From NCBI GenBank assembly GCA_963726765.1, contig CAVSDH010000001.1, positions 10,900 through 74,899 on the forward strand: a stretch of DNA of 64,000 nt. Direction: 5' to 3'. The DNA comes from an uncultured beta proteobacterium (lineage in GTDB: Bacteria; Pseudomonadota; Gammaproteobacteria; Burkholderiales; Casimicrobiaceae). Position numbers and translations under genes: made by a program. Shown here piece after piece: positions 43,689-53,131 of the stretch (the first letter of the stretch is position 1; the number at the start of each line of letters is the position of its first letter). The notes below the pieces were generated by a model that had not been told where the DNA came from, did no database searches, and saw only the letters and a list, made by a program, of their open reading frames with translations.

Positions 43689-43862
43689 ATGAACATGGAC
43701 AAGTTCTCGCCCGAATTCGCGCAACACTGGCTGACCGACCGGTCGAGTTCGACCGACGGCGGGCCGGTCGAGCGGCGTGTCGACGAGTCGCTGTCGCCGT
43801 CGCAACAGGAAGCGCTGGATGCGCTGGCCGAGCGGGTCTCCGCCGCGCGAAGCGTGTACTGA
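43689..43862 (+). CDS. Unannotated 57-codon ORF downstream of the sigma-54 promoter (hypothetical small protein)
   Basis: ATG 43689 follows an in-frame TGA. Translation: MNMDKFSPEFAQHWLTDRSSSTDGGPVERRVDESLSPSQQEALDALAERVSAARSVY*. About 85% G/C at third positions by hand count, and only a weak SD (GAGCAGG). Too short for the ORF track. Confidence 0.45.
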   Translation: MNMDKFSPEFAQHWLTDRSSSTDGGPVERRVDESLSPSQQEALDALAERVSAARSVY

Positions 43863-43963
43863 CCCGGGAGAACGCGAGGCCCCGACGAATCGCAAGTGCC
43901 GGAATGCTTCCGGTCCGAACAGTTACCGGAGCGCGGATGCGCTCCGGGTGGCCGATCCCCCTT

Positions 43964-43996
43964 GCCCGCTATCTTCCTCCCGGCGGGCTTTTTTTT
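43964..43996 (+). terminator. Rho-independent terminator of the sigma-54 transcript
   Basis: GCCCGC-13 nt loop-GCGGGC followed by T8. Two further perfect hairpins precede it, at 43899-43913 and 43926-43947. Confidence 0.7.
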
Positions 43997-44119
43997 GCCT
44001 GTTGCACATGGGACGGCATCGATGCGGGAGGCGATCTCCGGCCCCTGGATCGGCGGCCTCCGATCGCGATCGCGGTTGCTCGCATCCCCTGCCTGCGGCT
44101 CGGGGCCCCTGCTCGCCGC

Positions 44120-44914
44120 TCACACCGCTACCGGCGCCTTGATCGCGGGCTGGGGATGGTAGTCGACGAACGCGATGTCGTCATACGCGTAGTCGAAGAT
44201 CGTCGGCGGCCGGCGCCGCAGATCGAGACTCGGCAACGGGCCCGGCGTGCGCGCGAGCTGGGTGTCCACCTGTTCGAGGTGATTGAGATAGAGGTGGCAG
44301 TCGCCGCCCGTCCAGACGAACTCGCCGACGGCGAGATCGCATTGCTGCGCGACCATGTGCGTCAGGAGCGCATAGGAGGCGATGTTGAACGGTACCCCGA
44401 GGAAGATGTCGCAACTCCGTTGGTAGAGCTGGCAGGAGAGTCTGCCGTCGGCGACGTAGAACTGGAACAACAGGTGGCAGGGCGGCAGCTTCATCCGTGG
44501 AATGTCGCCGACGTTCCACGCCGAAACGATCAGCCGGCGCGAGTCCGGATTGCGCCGGATCTCGGCGACGACGTTGGCCATCTGGTCGACATGTCGCCCA
44601 TCCGGCGCAGGCCAGTTGCGCCATTGGTAGCCGTAGATGGGGCCCAGCTCGCCGTCGGCGTCCGCCCATTCGTCCCAGATCGTCACTCCCGCGGCCTGCA
44701 GCGAACGCACGTTGGTTTCGCCCCGCAGGAACCACAGCAACTCGTGGACGATCGACCGCGTATGAACCTTCTTCGTCGTCAGCAGCGGGAATCCGGCACC
44801 GAGGTCGAACCGCATCTGATGGCCCAGGACCGAAAGCGTGCCGGTTCCGGTACGGTCAGCCTTGCGGTTGCCGTGTTCGCGGACGTGCCGCATGAAGTCG
44901 AGGTACTGGCGCAT
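44120..44914 (-). CDS. thyA: Thymidylate synthase
   Basis: [15 protein letters not shown]..., active site [29 protein letters not shown]. The ATG at 44914 was chosen to match the usual MKQYL-type N-terminus; upstream in-frame Met codons also exist at 44944 and 44992. Confidence 0.93.
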   Translation of the reverse strand: MRQYLDFMRHVREHGNRKADRTGTGTLSVLGHQMRFDLGAGFPLLTTKKVHTRSIVHELLWFLRGETNVRSLQAAGVTIWDEWADADGELGPIYGYQWRNWPAPDGRHVDQMANVVAEIRRNPDSRRLIVSAWNVGDIPRMKLPPCHLLFQFYVADGRLSCQLYQRSCDIFLGVPFNIASYALLTHMVAQQCDLAVGEFVWTGGDCHLYLNHLEQVDTQLARTPGPLPSLDLRRRPPTIFDYAYDDIAFVDYHPQPAIKAPVAV

Positions 44915-45162
44915 CGAGGGATGTGAGGTGGTCGAAATGGGCATGCGGACGGGCCGCACTCCGTGGGCGCCCTGGATTGCTGCGGCCGCCACGTACGCCT
45001 GTTCGGATTGTAGCGTGACCGGATCGACATCGCGGCGGCATCCGGATCTCGCGTCCCGATCGCACGTCGCTTCGCGGGGCGCGCCCGACCGTTCGTCGGC
45101 GGATCCGAACGCAACCGAGTCCGACGCGTTGACAAGCCGTGTCCCGGCTCGATACGATACGA

Positions 45163-45190
45163 TTATATGACTAGTCTATTAGTCATATAA
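45163..45190. promoter_or_regulatory. AT-rich 11-6-11 inverted repeat, candidate operator of the adjacent ArsR-family repressor
   Basis: TTATATGACTAgtctatTAGTCATATAA has perfect 11-bp arms. It lies in the thyA/arsR divergent intergenic region, about 65-120 bp upstream of the possible ArsR starts. Confidence 0.5.
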
Positions 45191-45256
45191 TGCGGGCGCC
45201 CCGCGAAACCCCGGGGCCATGCATCGATTCGAGCGCGTTCTTGTCCGAGGTGCCAA

Positions 45257-45565
45257 GTGCGACCAAGCTACGCCCGTGCGATCCCCCGTCCCTGGCGTCA
45301 GACCGCGGCAATGTTCGTCGCGCTCGGCGATCCGCATCGACAAAGGATCGTGCTCATGTTCGAGCCCGGCGAGCGTCTCAATGTCGGCCAGATCGTCGCG
45401 GCCTCCACGCTTTCCCGTTCCGCGGTCTCGCACCACCTGCGCGTGCTGCGTACTGCCGGCGTGCTCCGATGCGAGAAGATCGGCAAGGAGGTCTGGTACT
45501 GGCAGAATCCGGACGCGGTGCGCGATGCGCTGACCGCAGTGCTCGACTACCTTGACGCACAATGA
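45257..45565 (+). CDS. ArsR/SmtB-family transcriptional regulator
   Basis: FVALGDPHRQRIVLMF...LNVGQIVAASTLSRSAVSHHLRVLRTAGVL is the winged-HTH signature. The start may be the Met at 45311. Confidence 0.8.
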   Translation: MRPSYARAIPRPWRQTAAMFVALGDPHRQRIVLMFEPGERLNVGQIVAASTLSRSAVSHHLRVLRTAGVLRCEKIGKEVWYWQNPDAVRDALTAVLDYLDAQ

Positions 45566-45630
45566 GCACGCCTAGGCACGCATCGCGCGACGCGGGACGT
45601 GACGATTTCGATTGTCGGGAGATTGCAACC

Positions 45631-47514
45631 ATGCACCAGGCCAATCAGTTCGACCTCCTGCGCGAGCGCCGTTTCGCGCCGTTCTTCTGGACGCAGTTCC
45701 TGGGCGCCGGCAACGACAACGTCTACAAGAACGCGCTGATCATCTTTCTCGCGTTCCACGCGGCGCGCCTGACCGCGCTCGACCCCAATGCGCTCGTCAA
45801 TCTCGCGGGCGCGATCTTCATTGCGCCGTTCGTGCTGCTGTCGGCGACGTCCGGACAGCTCGCGGACAAGTACGAGAAGTCGCGCCTCATTCGCTGGATC
45901 AAGCTCTTCGAAATTGCGATCATGGTCGTCGGTCTCGCGGGCTTCTGGCGCCAGGACCTGGTGCTGATGTTTGCCGCACTTGCGCTGCTCGGCATCCACT
46001 CGGCGCTGTTCGGCCCGGTCAAGTACGCGATCCTGCCGCAGCACCTCAAACCCGAGGAACTCGTGGGCGGAAACGGGCTGGTGGAGATGGGCACGTTCGT
46101 CGCCATTCTGCTTGGCACGATCGCGGGCGGCGTCGTCGTCGCCATCGTGCCCAATGGGCCGATGCTCGCCGGCGGGCTGGCGATCGCCATTGCAGTCGCC
46201 GGTTATCTCGTGAGCCGCCGGATCCCGCACACGCCGGCGGTCGCTCCCGACCTCGCCATCAACTGGAACCCGCTCACGGAGACCTGGCGGAATCTCCGCT
46301 TCGCGCAGCAGAACCGCGTCGTGTGGCTTTCGATGCTGGGAATCTCGTGGTTCTGGTTCTACGGAGCGCTCTTCCTTGCGCAGTTTGCCGGCTTTTCGCG
46401 CGATGTTCTCGGCGGCAACGAGCACGTCGTGACGTTCCTGCTCGCGCTCTTTTCCGTCGGCATCGGCGCCGGTTCGCTGCTGTGCGAGCGGCTGTCAGGG
46501 CGCAAGATCGAATTGGGGCTGGTCCCGTTCGGCTCGATCGGCCTCACGCTGTTCGCCGTCGACCTGTGGCTCGCGAGCGGTACGCTGAAGGCGACGGAAC
46601 TGGCGGGTCTCGAGGCCTATTTCGCCAGACCCGCGCACTGGCGCGTCGCCGCCGACCTCGTGCTGATCGGCGTGTTCGGCGGCTTCTACATCGTCCCGCT
46701 CTACGCGCTGATCCAGGAGCGCTCGGCGCCGTCGCACCGCTCGCGGATCATCGCTGCGAACAACATCCTCAACGCGATCTTCATCGTCGCCTCCGCGGGC
46801 GTCGCGATCGCACTGCTCCGGATGGGGCTGACGATTCCCGAGCTCTTCCTCGTCAACGCGCTGATGAACGCCGCGGTCGCCGTCTTCATCTACGGTCTCG
46901 TCCCCGAATTCCTCATGCGATTTCTCGCGTGGCTTCTCATCCATTCGTTCTATCGTGTGGAGAAGGAAGGGCTCGACCTCATTCCGGAAACGGGCCCCTG
47001 CGTCATCGTCTGCAATCACGTGAGCTACGTCGATGCGGTCGTCATCGCCGCCTGCGTGCGGCGCCCCATCCGCTTCGTGATGGACCACAAGATCTTCAAG
47101 GTGCCGCTCCTGTCGTTCATCTTCCGCACGATGCGCACGATTCCGATCGCGCCGGCGAAGGAGGACGCGGCGATGAAGGACCGCGCATTCGCGGAGGTCG
47201 CGAAGGCGCTCGCCGCCGGCGAAATCGTCGGCCTCTTTCCCGAGGGCAAGCTCACCGATACCGGCGAGCTCAATCCGTTTCGTCCCGGCATCCAGCAGAT
47301 TGTCGCGACGACCCCGGTGCCCGTCGTGCCGATCGCGCTGCGCGGCTTGTGGGGGAGCTTCTTCAGCCGCTGGCACGAGGGAAAGGCGATGCGACGGATG
47401 CGTGGCGTGTTCTCGCGCATCGCGCTGGTCGCCGCGCCGCCGGTTCCGGCGGAACGTGTCACCCTCGAAGGGTTGCAGGCGACGGTGCTCGCCCTTCGCG
47501 GCGAGCGGAAATAG
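45631..47514 (+). CDS. MFS transporter fused to a PlsC-type acyltransferase (LplT/Aas-like lysophospholipid recycling protein)
   Basis: ATG 45631 within ORF 45562..47514. About 12 TM helices at the N-terminus. C-terminal acyltransferase motifs: HX4D in CNHVSYVDAVV, FPEGK, and VPVVPIAL. Confidence 0.85.
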   Translation: MHQANQFDLLRERRFAPFFWTQFLGAGNDNVYKNALIIFLAFHAARLTALDPNALVNLAGAIFIAPFVLLSATSGQLADKYEKSRLIRWIKLFEIAIMVVGLAGFWRQDLVLMFAALALLGIHSALFGPVKYAILPQHLKPEELVGGNGLVEMGTFVAILLGTIAGGVVVAIVPNGPMLAGGLAIAIAVAGYLVSRRIPHTPAVAPDLAINWNPLTETWRNLRFAQQNRVVWLSMLGISWFWFYGALFLAQFAGFSRDVLGGNEHVVTFLLALFSVGIGAGSLLCERLSGRKIELGLVPFGSIGLTLFAVDLWLASGTLKATELAGLEAYFARPAHWRVAADLVLIGVFGGFYIVPLYALIQERSAPSHRSRIIAANNILNAIFIVASAGVAIALLRMGLTIPELFLVNALMNAAVAVFIYGLVPEFLMRFLAWLLIHSFYRVEKEGLDLIPETGPCVIVCNHVSYVDAVVIAACVRRPIRFVMDHKIFKVPLLSFIFRTMRTIPIAPAKEDAAMKDRAFAEVAKALAAGEIVGLFPEGKLTDTGELNPFRPGIQQIVATTPVPVVPIALRGLWGSFFSRWHEGKAMRRMRGVFSRIALVAAPPVPAERVTLEGLQATVLALRGERK

Positions 47515-47540
47515 CGCATCGACATTTTGGAAGGGTCGAC

Positions 47541-47870
47541 ATGGCAACCGTGATCGGGCTTGTGATCGGCATGCTGGCAGGCGGCCTGCTTTTCGGCGGC
47601 GGCAGCGCGATGACCTTCGGTGGGCTGATCGGCGCAGTTGTCGGTTTCATCGTCACCAGCCGGCGCGAGCGGGTGCGGAGCCTGCGGCCCGATGCCATGG
47701 GGCAGTCAGCGCAGCTTCCTGGTTCGTCAGCCGTGGAGTCCGCGCTTGCCGATCGCATGTCGACGCTGGAGCGACGGGTTGCCGACCTCGAGCGGTCGCT
47801 GTCGCCGGGCGCGTCGAACGTTGATTCGGCCGTGGAGACGGTGGTCGCCTGCCGTGCCGCCGGAGGATGA
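47541..47870 (+). CDS. Small TM/coiled-coil protein; probably the detached N-terminal segment of the DUF2339 protein
   Basis: MATVIGLVIGMLAGGLLFGG... is followed by LADRMSTLERRVADLERSL, which resembles the N-termini of DUF2339 proteins. It ends 8 nt before the next start, and the downstream frame is already open across the junction. Confidence 0.5.
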   Translation: MATVIGLVIGMLAGGLLFGGGSAMTFGGLIGAVVGFIVTSRRERVRSLRPDAMGQSAQLPGSSAVESALADRMSTLERRVADLERSLSPGASNVDSAVETVVACRAAGG

Positions 47871-47877
47871 AACGACG

Positions 47878-50407
47878 ATGCCGGCGGCGCCGTCTCAGTT
47901 CATGGGGGCGCAAGCGGCGGAGCCAGCGCCCATCGCCGCTGCGCTGAATGTCGACGGAACAAGGCAGGCCGAGCCCGCGGATGCCGTTTCACCTGCCGCA
48001 CGGCCGTCGAGTCCGGTCGTCGAGCAGCCTCCGTCCGTGCTCCCGAATCCTCTTTGGTCCTGGATCGCCGGCGGCAATACGCTGGCACGGATCGGAGTGG
48101 TGCTTCTGTTCATCGGCGTCGGATTTCTGTTGAAGTACGCGGTCGAGCACGTGCAGGTCCCCATTTCGCTTCGCCTCGCAGGCGTTGCACTTGGCGGAGT
48201 TGCGCTGCTCGTCATCGGATGGCGGCTGCGCTTGTCGCGGCGTGCCTACGCGATGGTGCTGCAGGGCGGTGGCGTGGGCGTCCTCTACCTGACGGTATTC
48301 GCCGCGTTGCGCCTGTACGATCTTGTCTCGCCGCTGGCGGCATTCGGGCTCCTGGTGTCGATCTCGACCCTTTCGTCGTGGCTCGCGGTGCGTCAGGACG
48401 CGGTCTCTCTTGCCGCGCTTGCGGTTGCCGGCGGCTTTCTCGCGCCGGTTCTCACGTCCAGCCAGACCGGCAATCACGTGATGCTCTTCAGCTACTACGC
48501 ACTGCTGAACGCCGGCATTCTCGGCATCGCGTGGTTCAAGGCCTGGCGCGTGCTCAATCTGCTGGGATTCGCGTTCACCTTCCTCGTGGGGACGTTCTGG
48601 GGCGTGACGCGGTACCGGCCCGAGAATTTCGCGACGACGGAGCCGTTCCTCGTCGTGTTCTTCCTGTTCTACGTCGCGATCGCGGTGCTCTACGCCTTGC
48701 GCCGTTCGATGGAGGTGCGAGTCTACGTGGACGCCGGCCTCGTCTTCGGCACGCCGCTCGTCGCTGCCGGCCTGCAAAGCGCGCTCGTGCGCGATATCGA
48801 GTACGGAATGGCCTTCAGTGCGCTTGCGATGTCTGCGCTGTACCTCGTTGTCGGACGGTTTCTTTACGCTCGACGCCGCGACGACATCCGGTTGCTGGTC
48901 GAGAGCTTTCTGGCCCTCGGCGTCGTGTTCGCGACCCTGGCAGTTCCGCTGGCACTCGATGCGCGCTGGACGACCGCAACCTGGGCGGTCGAGGGAGCGG
49001 CGATCGTGTGGGCAGGGGTGCGATTCCCGCGCGGCATTGTCCGGGCATTCGGACTGCTTCTGCAATTGGGCGCCGGTGTCGCGTTCATGCTTGGATTGTC
49101 GCTCTGGACGCCGGCCGGCGAGGCGGCGGCGATCCCGCTGTTGAACAGCGCGTATGTCGGTGCGTTGCTCGTCGCGATCGCCGGCGGGTTCAGCGCATGG
49201 TTGCTCGAGCGCCACCACGATCGCATATCCGCGGCCGAGCAGGCGATAGCTTCGAGCGTTTTCGCGTGGGGAATGCTGTGGTGGCTAGGGTCCGGGTGGC
49301 GTGAAATCGATCGCTTCGTTCCGTACGAAGTCCGCATTCCTGTCCTGGTCGTGTTCCTCGCGGCTACGGCCGTCATCACGGTGGCACTGGCCGCCCGGCT
49401 GCGGTGGCCGGTCGCGCGCGTGCCGGCGCTGCTGCTGCTGCCGGGCCTCGCTCGCCATCGCATTCGTCGCGATCGGCCGCGCATCCATGGCGAACGATCA
49501 TCTGTTCGCACATGGAGGCGTCCTGGGCTGGGTCGCCGCGGTCGCGGCCGTCATCGGATTGCTGAGACGGTTCGATCGGCAGGGGGAGGCCGACGACATT
49601 CACGCGACGGCATCGATCGAACTCCTTCACGCATTGCTCCTCTGGCTCGTGCTGCTTGTTGTCGCGCACGAGCTCTCCTGGGCAGGCAGCCGCATCGTAC
49701 CCGGCCACGGCGTCTGGAGCGCGGTGCCCTGGGGCCTCGTTCCGGCGCTTGGACTGGGCCTCGTGTGCGAATTTGCGCCCGGATCGGGCTGGCCTCTCGG
49801 CGCGCACCGGCGCGGCTATCTCGTTCTCGGGGCGGTTCCGGTGGCGGCGTTGCTCGCGGCCTGGTCGATCGCCGCCAGCGTTCACGCAAGCGGCGATCCG
49901 TCGCCTCTGCCATTCGTGCCGTTCTTCAATCCGCTGGATCTCACGCAGGCGGCCGTGCTCCTCGCACTGACGACTTGGGCGGTGCGGGCCCGCCGTCTGG
50001 ACCCGCAATTCTTCAACGGCGTTCCGCCCGGTGCAATCGCCGGACTTCTTTGCGCACTCGCGTTCCTTTGGGTCAACGCGATTGCGTTGCGGTCGATCCA
50101 TTTCTGGTACGACGTCCCCTATTCGCCGCGCGCACTCTGGCAGTCGACGCTGGTGCAAGCGGTGCTCTCGCTCCTCTGGTCGTCGCTGGCTCTGGCCACG
50201 ATGGCGTTCGCCAATCGCCGCCAGTGGCGCGTGCCGTGGGTCGCGGGTGCCGCATTGCTCGGCGTCGTCGTCGCGAAGCTCTTTCTGGTCGAGTTGGCGC
50301 AGGTCGGCACGATCACCCGGATCGTGTCGTTCATCGGCGTCGGCCTCTTCCTCCTGTTGATCGGGTACGTCGCGCCGGTGCCGCCGCGGAAGGAGAACGC
50401 GAAATGA
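47878..50407 (+). pseudogene. DUF2339-family polytopic membrane protein; frame broken near 49441-49447
   Basis: Frame 1 (ORF 47638..) carries the Pro-rich linker and more than 15 TM helices up to ...VARVPALLLLPG. The sequence continues as ASLAIAFVAIGRASMANDHLF... in ORF 49301..50407. The stop overlaps the next start (ATGA). Confidence 0.75.
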
Positions 50408-51800
50408 TTCGTCTGCTATTTCTTCTCATGCTCTACACGGCGGCGGCCCACGCCGAACGGCCGGCCGATTATGCGTTCGGCGTGCCGCTGTTGCCCGGTG
50501 ACGCGACGGCTTTCCAGCGCGTCGCGGTGCCCGCCGTCGTCCATGAAGGCACGGTGAAGCGCGACCTCGCGGATTTGCGCATCTTCAATGGCGACGGTGA
50601 GGTCGTGCCCTATGCGTGGATTCCGCGTCGGCCGTTGCCCCGAGGGCGACCTCCGGCAATCACGCTTCCGATGTTCCCTCTGTACACCTACCGTGATCGG
50701 AAAGATGTCGCCGGGCTCGCGCTGACCGTCGTCCGGAATGCGTCGGGAACGACGGTTCGCGTCGACGCCCCGGATTCCGATCCCGCAGGCGCGAGGGTTC
50801 TGGGCGGCTACGTGCTCGATGCGTCGGCGCAGGACGAACCGCTGACGGCGCTGACGTTCACGCTGCCGGAGGTCGCTGGCGCGACGACCATGCGCCTGCG
50901 CATCGACGCGAGCGACGATCTCGCGTCCTGGCATGGCATCGCGGCCGATGCGACTCTCGTCAATCTCGAGTACGGTGGGCAACGACTGACGCGTAACCGC
51001 ATCGAGTTTTCGCCTGCAAGAACCAAGTATCTGCGCCTGTCCTGGGACGTCGACCGACCGGCGATCGAATTTTCGGCGGTGAGCGGCGAATTTGGCGAGC
51101 GCGCCGTCGAAACACCGCGAGAGTGGCGCAATGCCGACGGGAAAAGGAGTCGCGAATCGCGAAGGAGAATATGAATTCGATCTCGGAGGAGCCTTCCCCG
51201 TCGATCGAGTCGTGTTGGAGCTTGCCACGCCCAATTCCATCGTGCCGGCAACCCTGTCGGCGCGTGCCAGCACAGGAGAGCCCTGGCAGCCTGTCGGTTC
51301 GACCGTCTTCTATCGGCTCGACCAGCCGGACGGCAGCATCACCAGTCCGCCGTTCCCCGTCGCGGTCGGCGAGCGACGATACTGGCTGCTGCGCATCGAT
51401 CCGCGATCGGGGGTGACGGGACCGGCACCGCCGCCAATGCGCGCCGGTTGGCAGCCTCGCGGAGATCGTATTCGCAGCGCGCGGCCGCGGCCCGTTTACG
51501 CTTGCCTACGGCAGTCAAGCGGCGAGTGCGGGGGCGCTGCCGATCGCGACGCTGGTGCCCGGATTCGAAAGCGAAAAGGATGTCGCGGCAGGATTTGCGG
51601 TCGCGCGAACGGGCGATCCGATCGTGCTTGGCGGACAGGACCAGCTGAGACAGCCTCCGGACGTGCGGCGGTGGGTGCTGTGGGTGGTTCTCGCGCTGGG
51701 CGTATCGATGCTGGGCTGGATGGCGTGGCGACTTTCGCGCGAGATGGCTGCATCAGCAAAGACCGACGAATCGAAATCACGAGAGCCGCCGCGCGGTTGA
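50404..51800 (+). pseudogene. DUF3999-family secreted/membrane-anchored protein; two frame breaks (A4 run 51142-51145 and near 51457-51463)
   Basis: Three collinear pieces. The first is MIRLLFLLMLYTAAAHA...REWRNADGK. The second is GVANREGEYEFDLGG...MRAGWQPR. The third is EIVFAARGRGPFTLAYGS...VLWVVLALGVSMLGWMAWRL (C-terminal TM). It is the usual partner of DUF2339. Confidence 0.7.
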
Positions 51801-51925
51801 TGTTCGGGGGCGGCCAGCACGCCGCGGCGCGTTCCGATCGCCTGCGGTGCGCGATGAAGTCGTCGCAGTCCGTGTGCTACATTGAGCGAGGCCATCCGCG
51901 GCCACCTTGACTCCGGCGTCCTCCC

Positions 51926-53089
51926 ATGTCCGGCAATACGCTAGGCACGTTATTCCGCGTCACTTCGTTCGGCGAGTCGCATGGCCCGGCGATCGGCTGC
52001 GTCGTCGACGGTTGTCCGCCCGGCATGACGCTCGACGTCGCCGACATCCAGCGCGATCTCGACCGGCGCAAGCCCGGAACGTCGCGACACGTGACGCAGC
52101 GGCGCGAATCCGACACGGTCGAAATCCTGTCCGGCGTCTTCGAGGGCCGGACGACCGGTACGCCGATCGCGCTGCTGATCCGCAACGAGGATCAACGCAG
52201 CAAGGACTACGCCGCGATCGCGGACACATTCCGCCCCGGCCACGCCGATTACGCGTACTGGCAGAAATACGGCATACGCGACTATCGCGGAGGTGGACGC
52301 GCGTCGGCGCGCGAGACGGCGGTGCGCGTTGCGGCGGGAGCCATTGCGAAAAAATGGCTCGCCGCACGCTACGGCGTCGCGATCCGCGGCCATCTCGTTT
52401 CGCTCGGAGCGCACACGATTGCGTTCGAGGATTGGGCGCACGTGGACACGAACCCGTTCTTCGTCGCCAACGTGTCGGTGGTGCCGACGCTCGAGGCGTA
52501 CATGGACGCGTTGCGCAAATCCGGGGATTCCTGCGGCGCGAAGATCAGGGTCGTCGCGACCGGGGTCCCCGTTGGCTGGGGTGCGCCGGTGTATGGCCGC
52601 CTCGACGCCGACCTCGCCTCCGCGATGATGGGCATCAATGCCGTCAAGGGCGTGGAAATCGGCGCGGGCTTCGCGAGCGTCTCCCAGCTGGGTACGGAGC
52701 ATTCGGACGAGATGTCGCCTGACGGCTTCCTCTCCAACAACGCAGGCGGGATCCTTGGCGGCATCTCCACCGGGCAGGACATCGTCGTGACCATCGCGGT
52801 GAAGCCGACGTCGTCGATCCGCCTCGATCGCCGGTCGATCGACAAGGCCGGCAATCCGGTCATCGTCAACACGCACGGCCGCCACGACCCCTGCGTCGGC
52901 ATCCGTGCAACGCCGATCGCCGAAGCGATGGCGGCACTTGTGCTGATCGACCACGCGCTCGTCCACCGCGCGCAGAACGCCGATGTCGTCACCGCGACGC
53001 CGCGGATCCCTGCGGCGGCTCCGCCCGACGTCGTGGCGCGACTGCGACAGGCAGGCGCAATCGATAATCCGGATCCGGACGAAGCCTAG
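51926..53089 (+). CDS. aroC: Chorismate synthase
   Basis: Starts [33 protein letters not shown], and contains [10 protein letters not shown] and [10 protein letters not shown]. Confidence 0.95.
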   Translation: MSGNTLGTLFRVTSFGESHGPAIGCVVDGCPPGMTLDVADIQRDLDRRKPGTSRHVTQRRESDTVEILSGVFEGRTTGTPIALLIRNEDQRSKDYAAIADTFRPGHADYAYWQKYGIRDYRGGGRASARETAVRVAAGAIAKKWLAARYGVAIRGHLVSLGAHTIAFEDWAHVDTNPFFVANVSVVPTLEAYMDALRKSGDSCGAKIRVVATGVPVGWGAPVYGRLDADLASAMMGINAVKGVEIGAGFASVSQLGTEHSDEMSPDGFLSNNAGGILGGISTGQDIVVTIAVKPTSSIRLDRRSIDKAGNPVIVNTHGRHDPCVGIRATPIAEAMAALVLIDHALVHRAQNADVVTATPRIPAAAPPDVVARLRQAGAIDNPDPDEA

Positions 53090-53131
53090 GAACAGCTGAG
53101 CGTCGCGCGCAGAACGCTCGCTGCGCGACGC

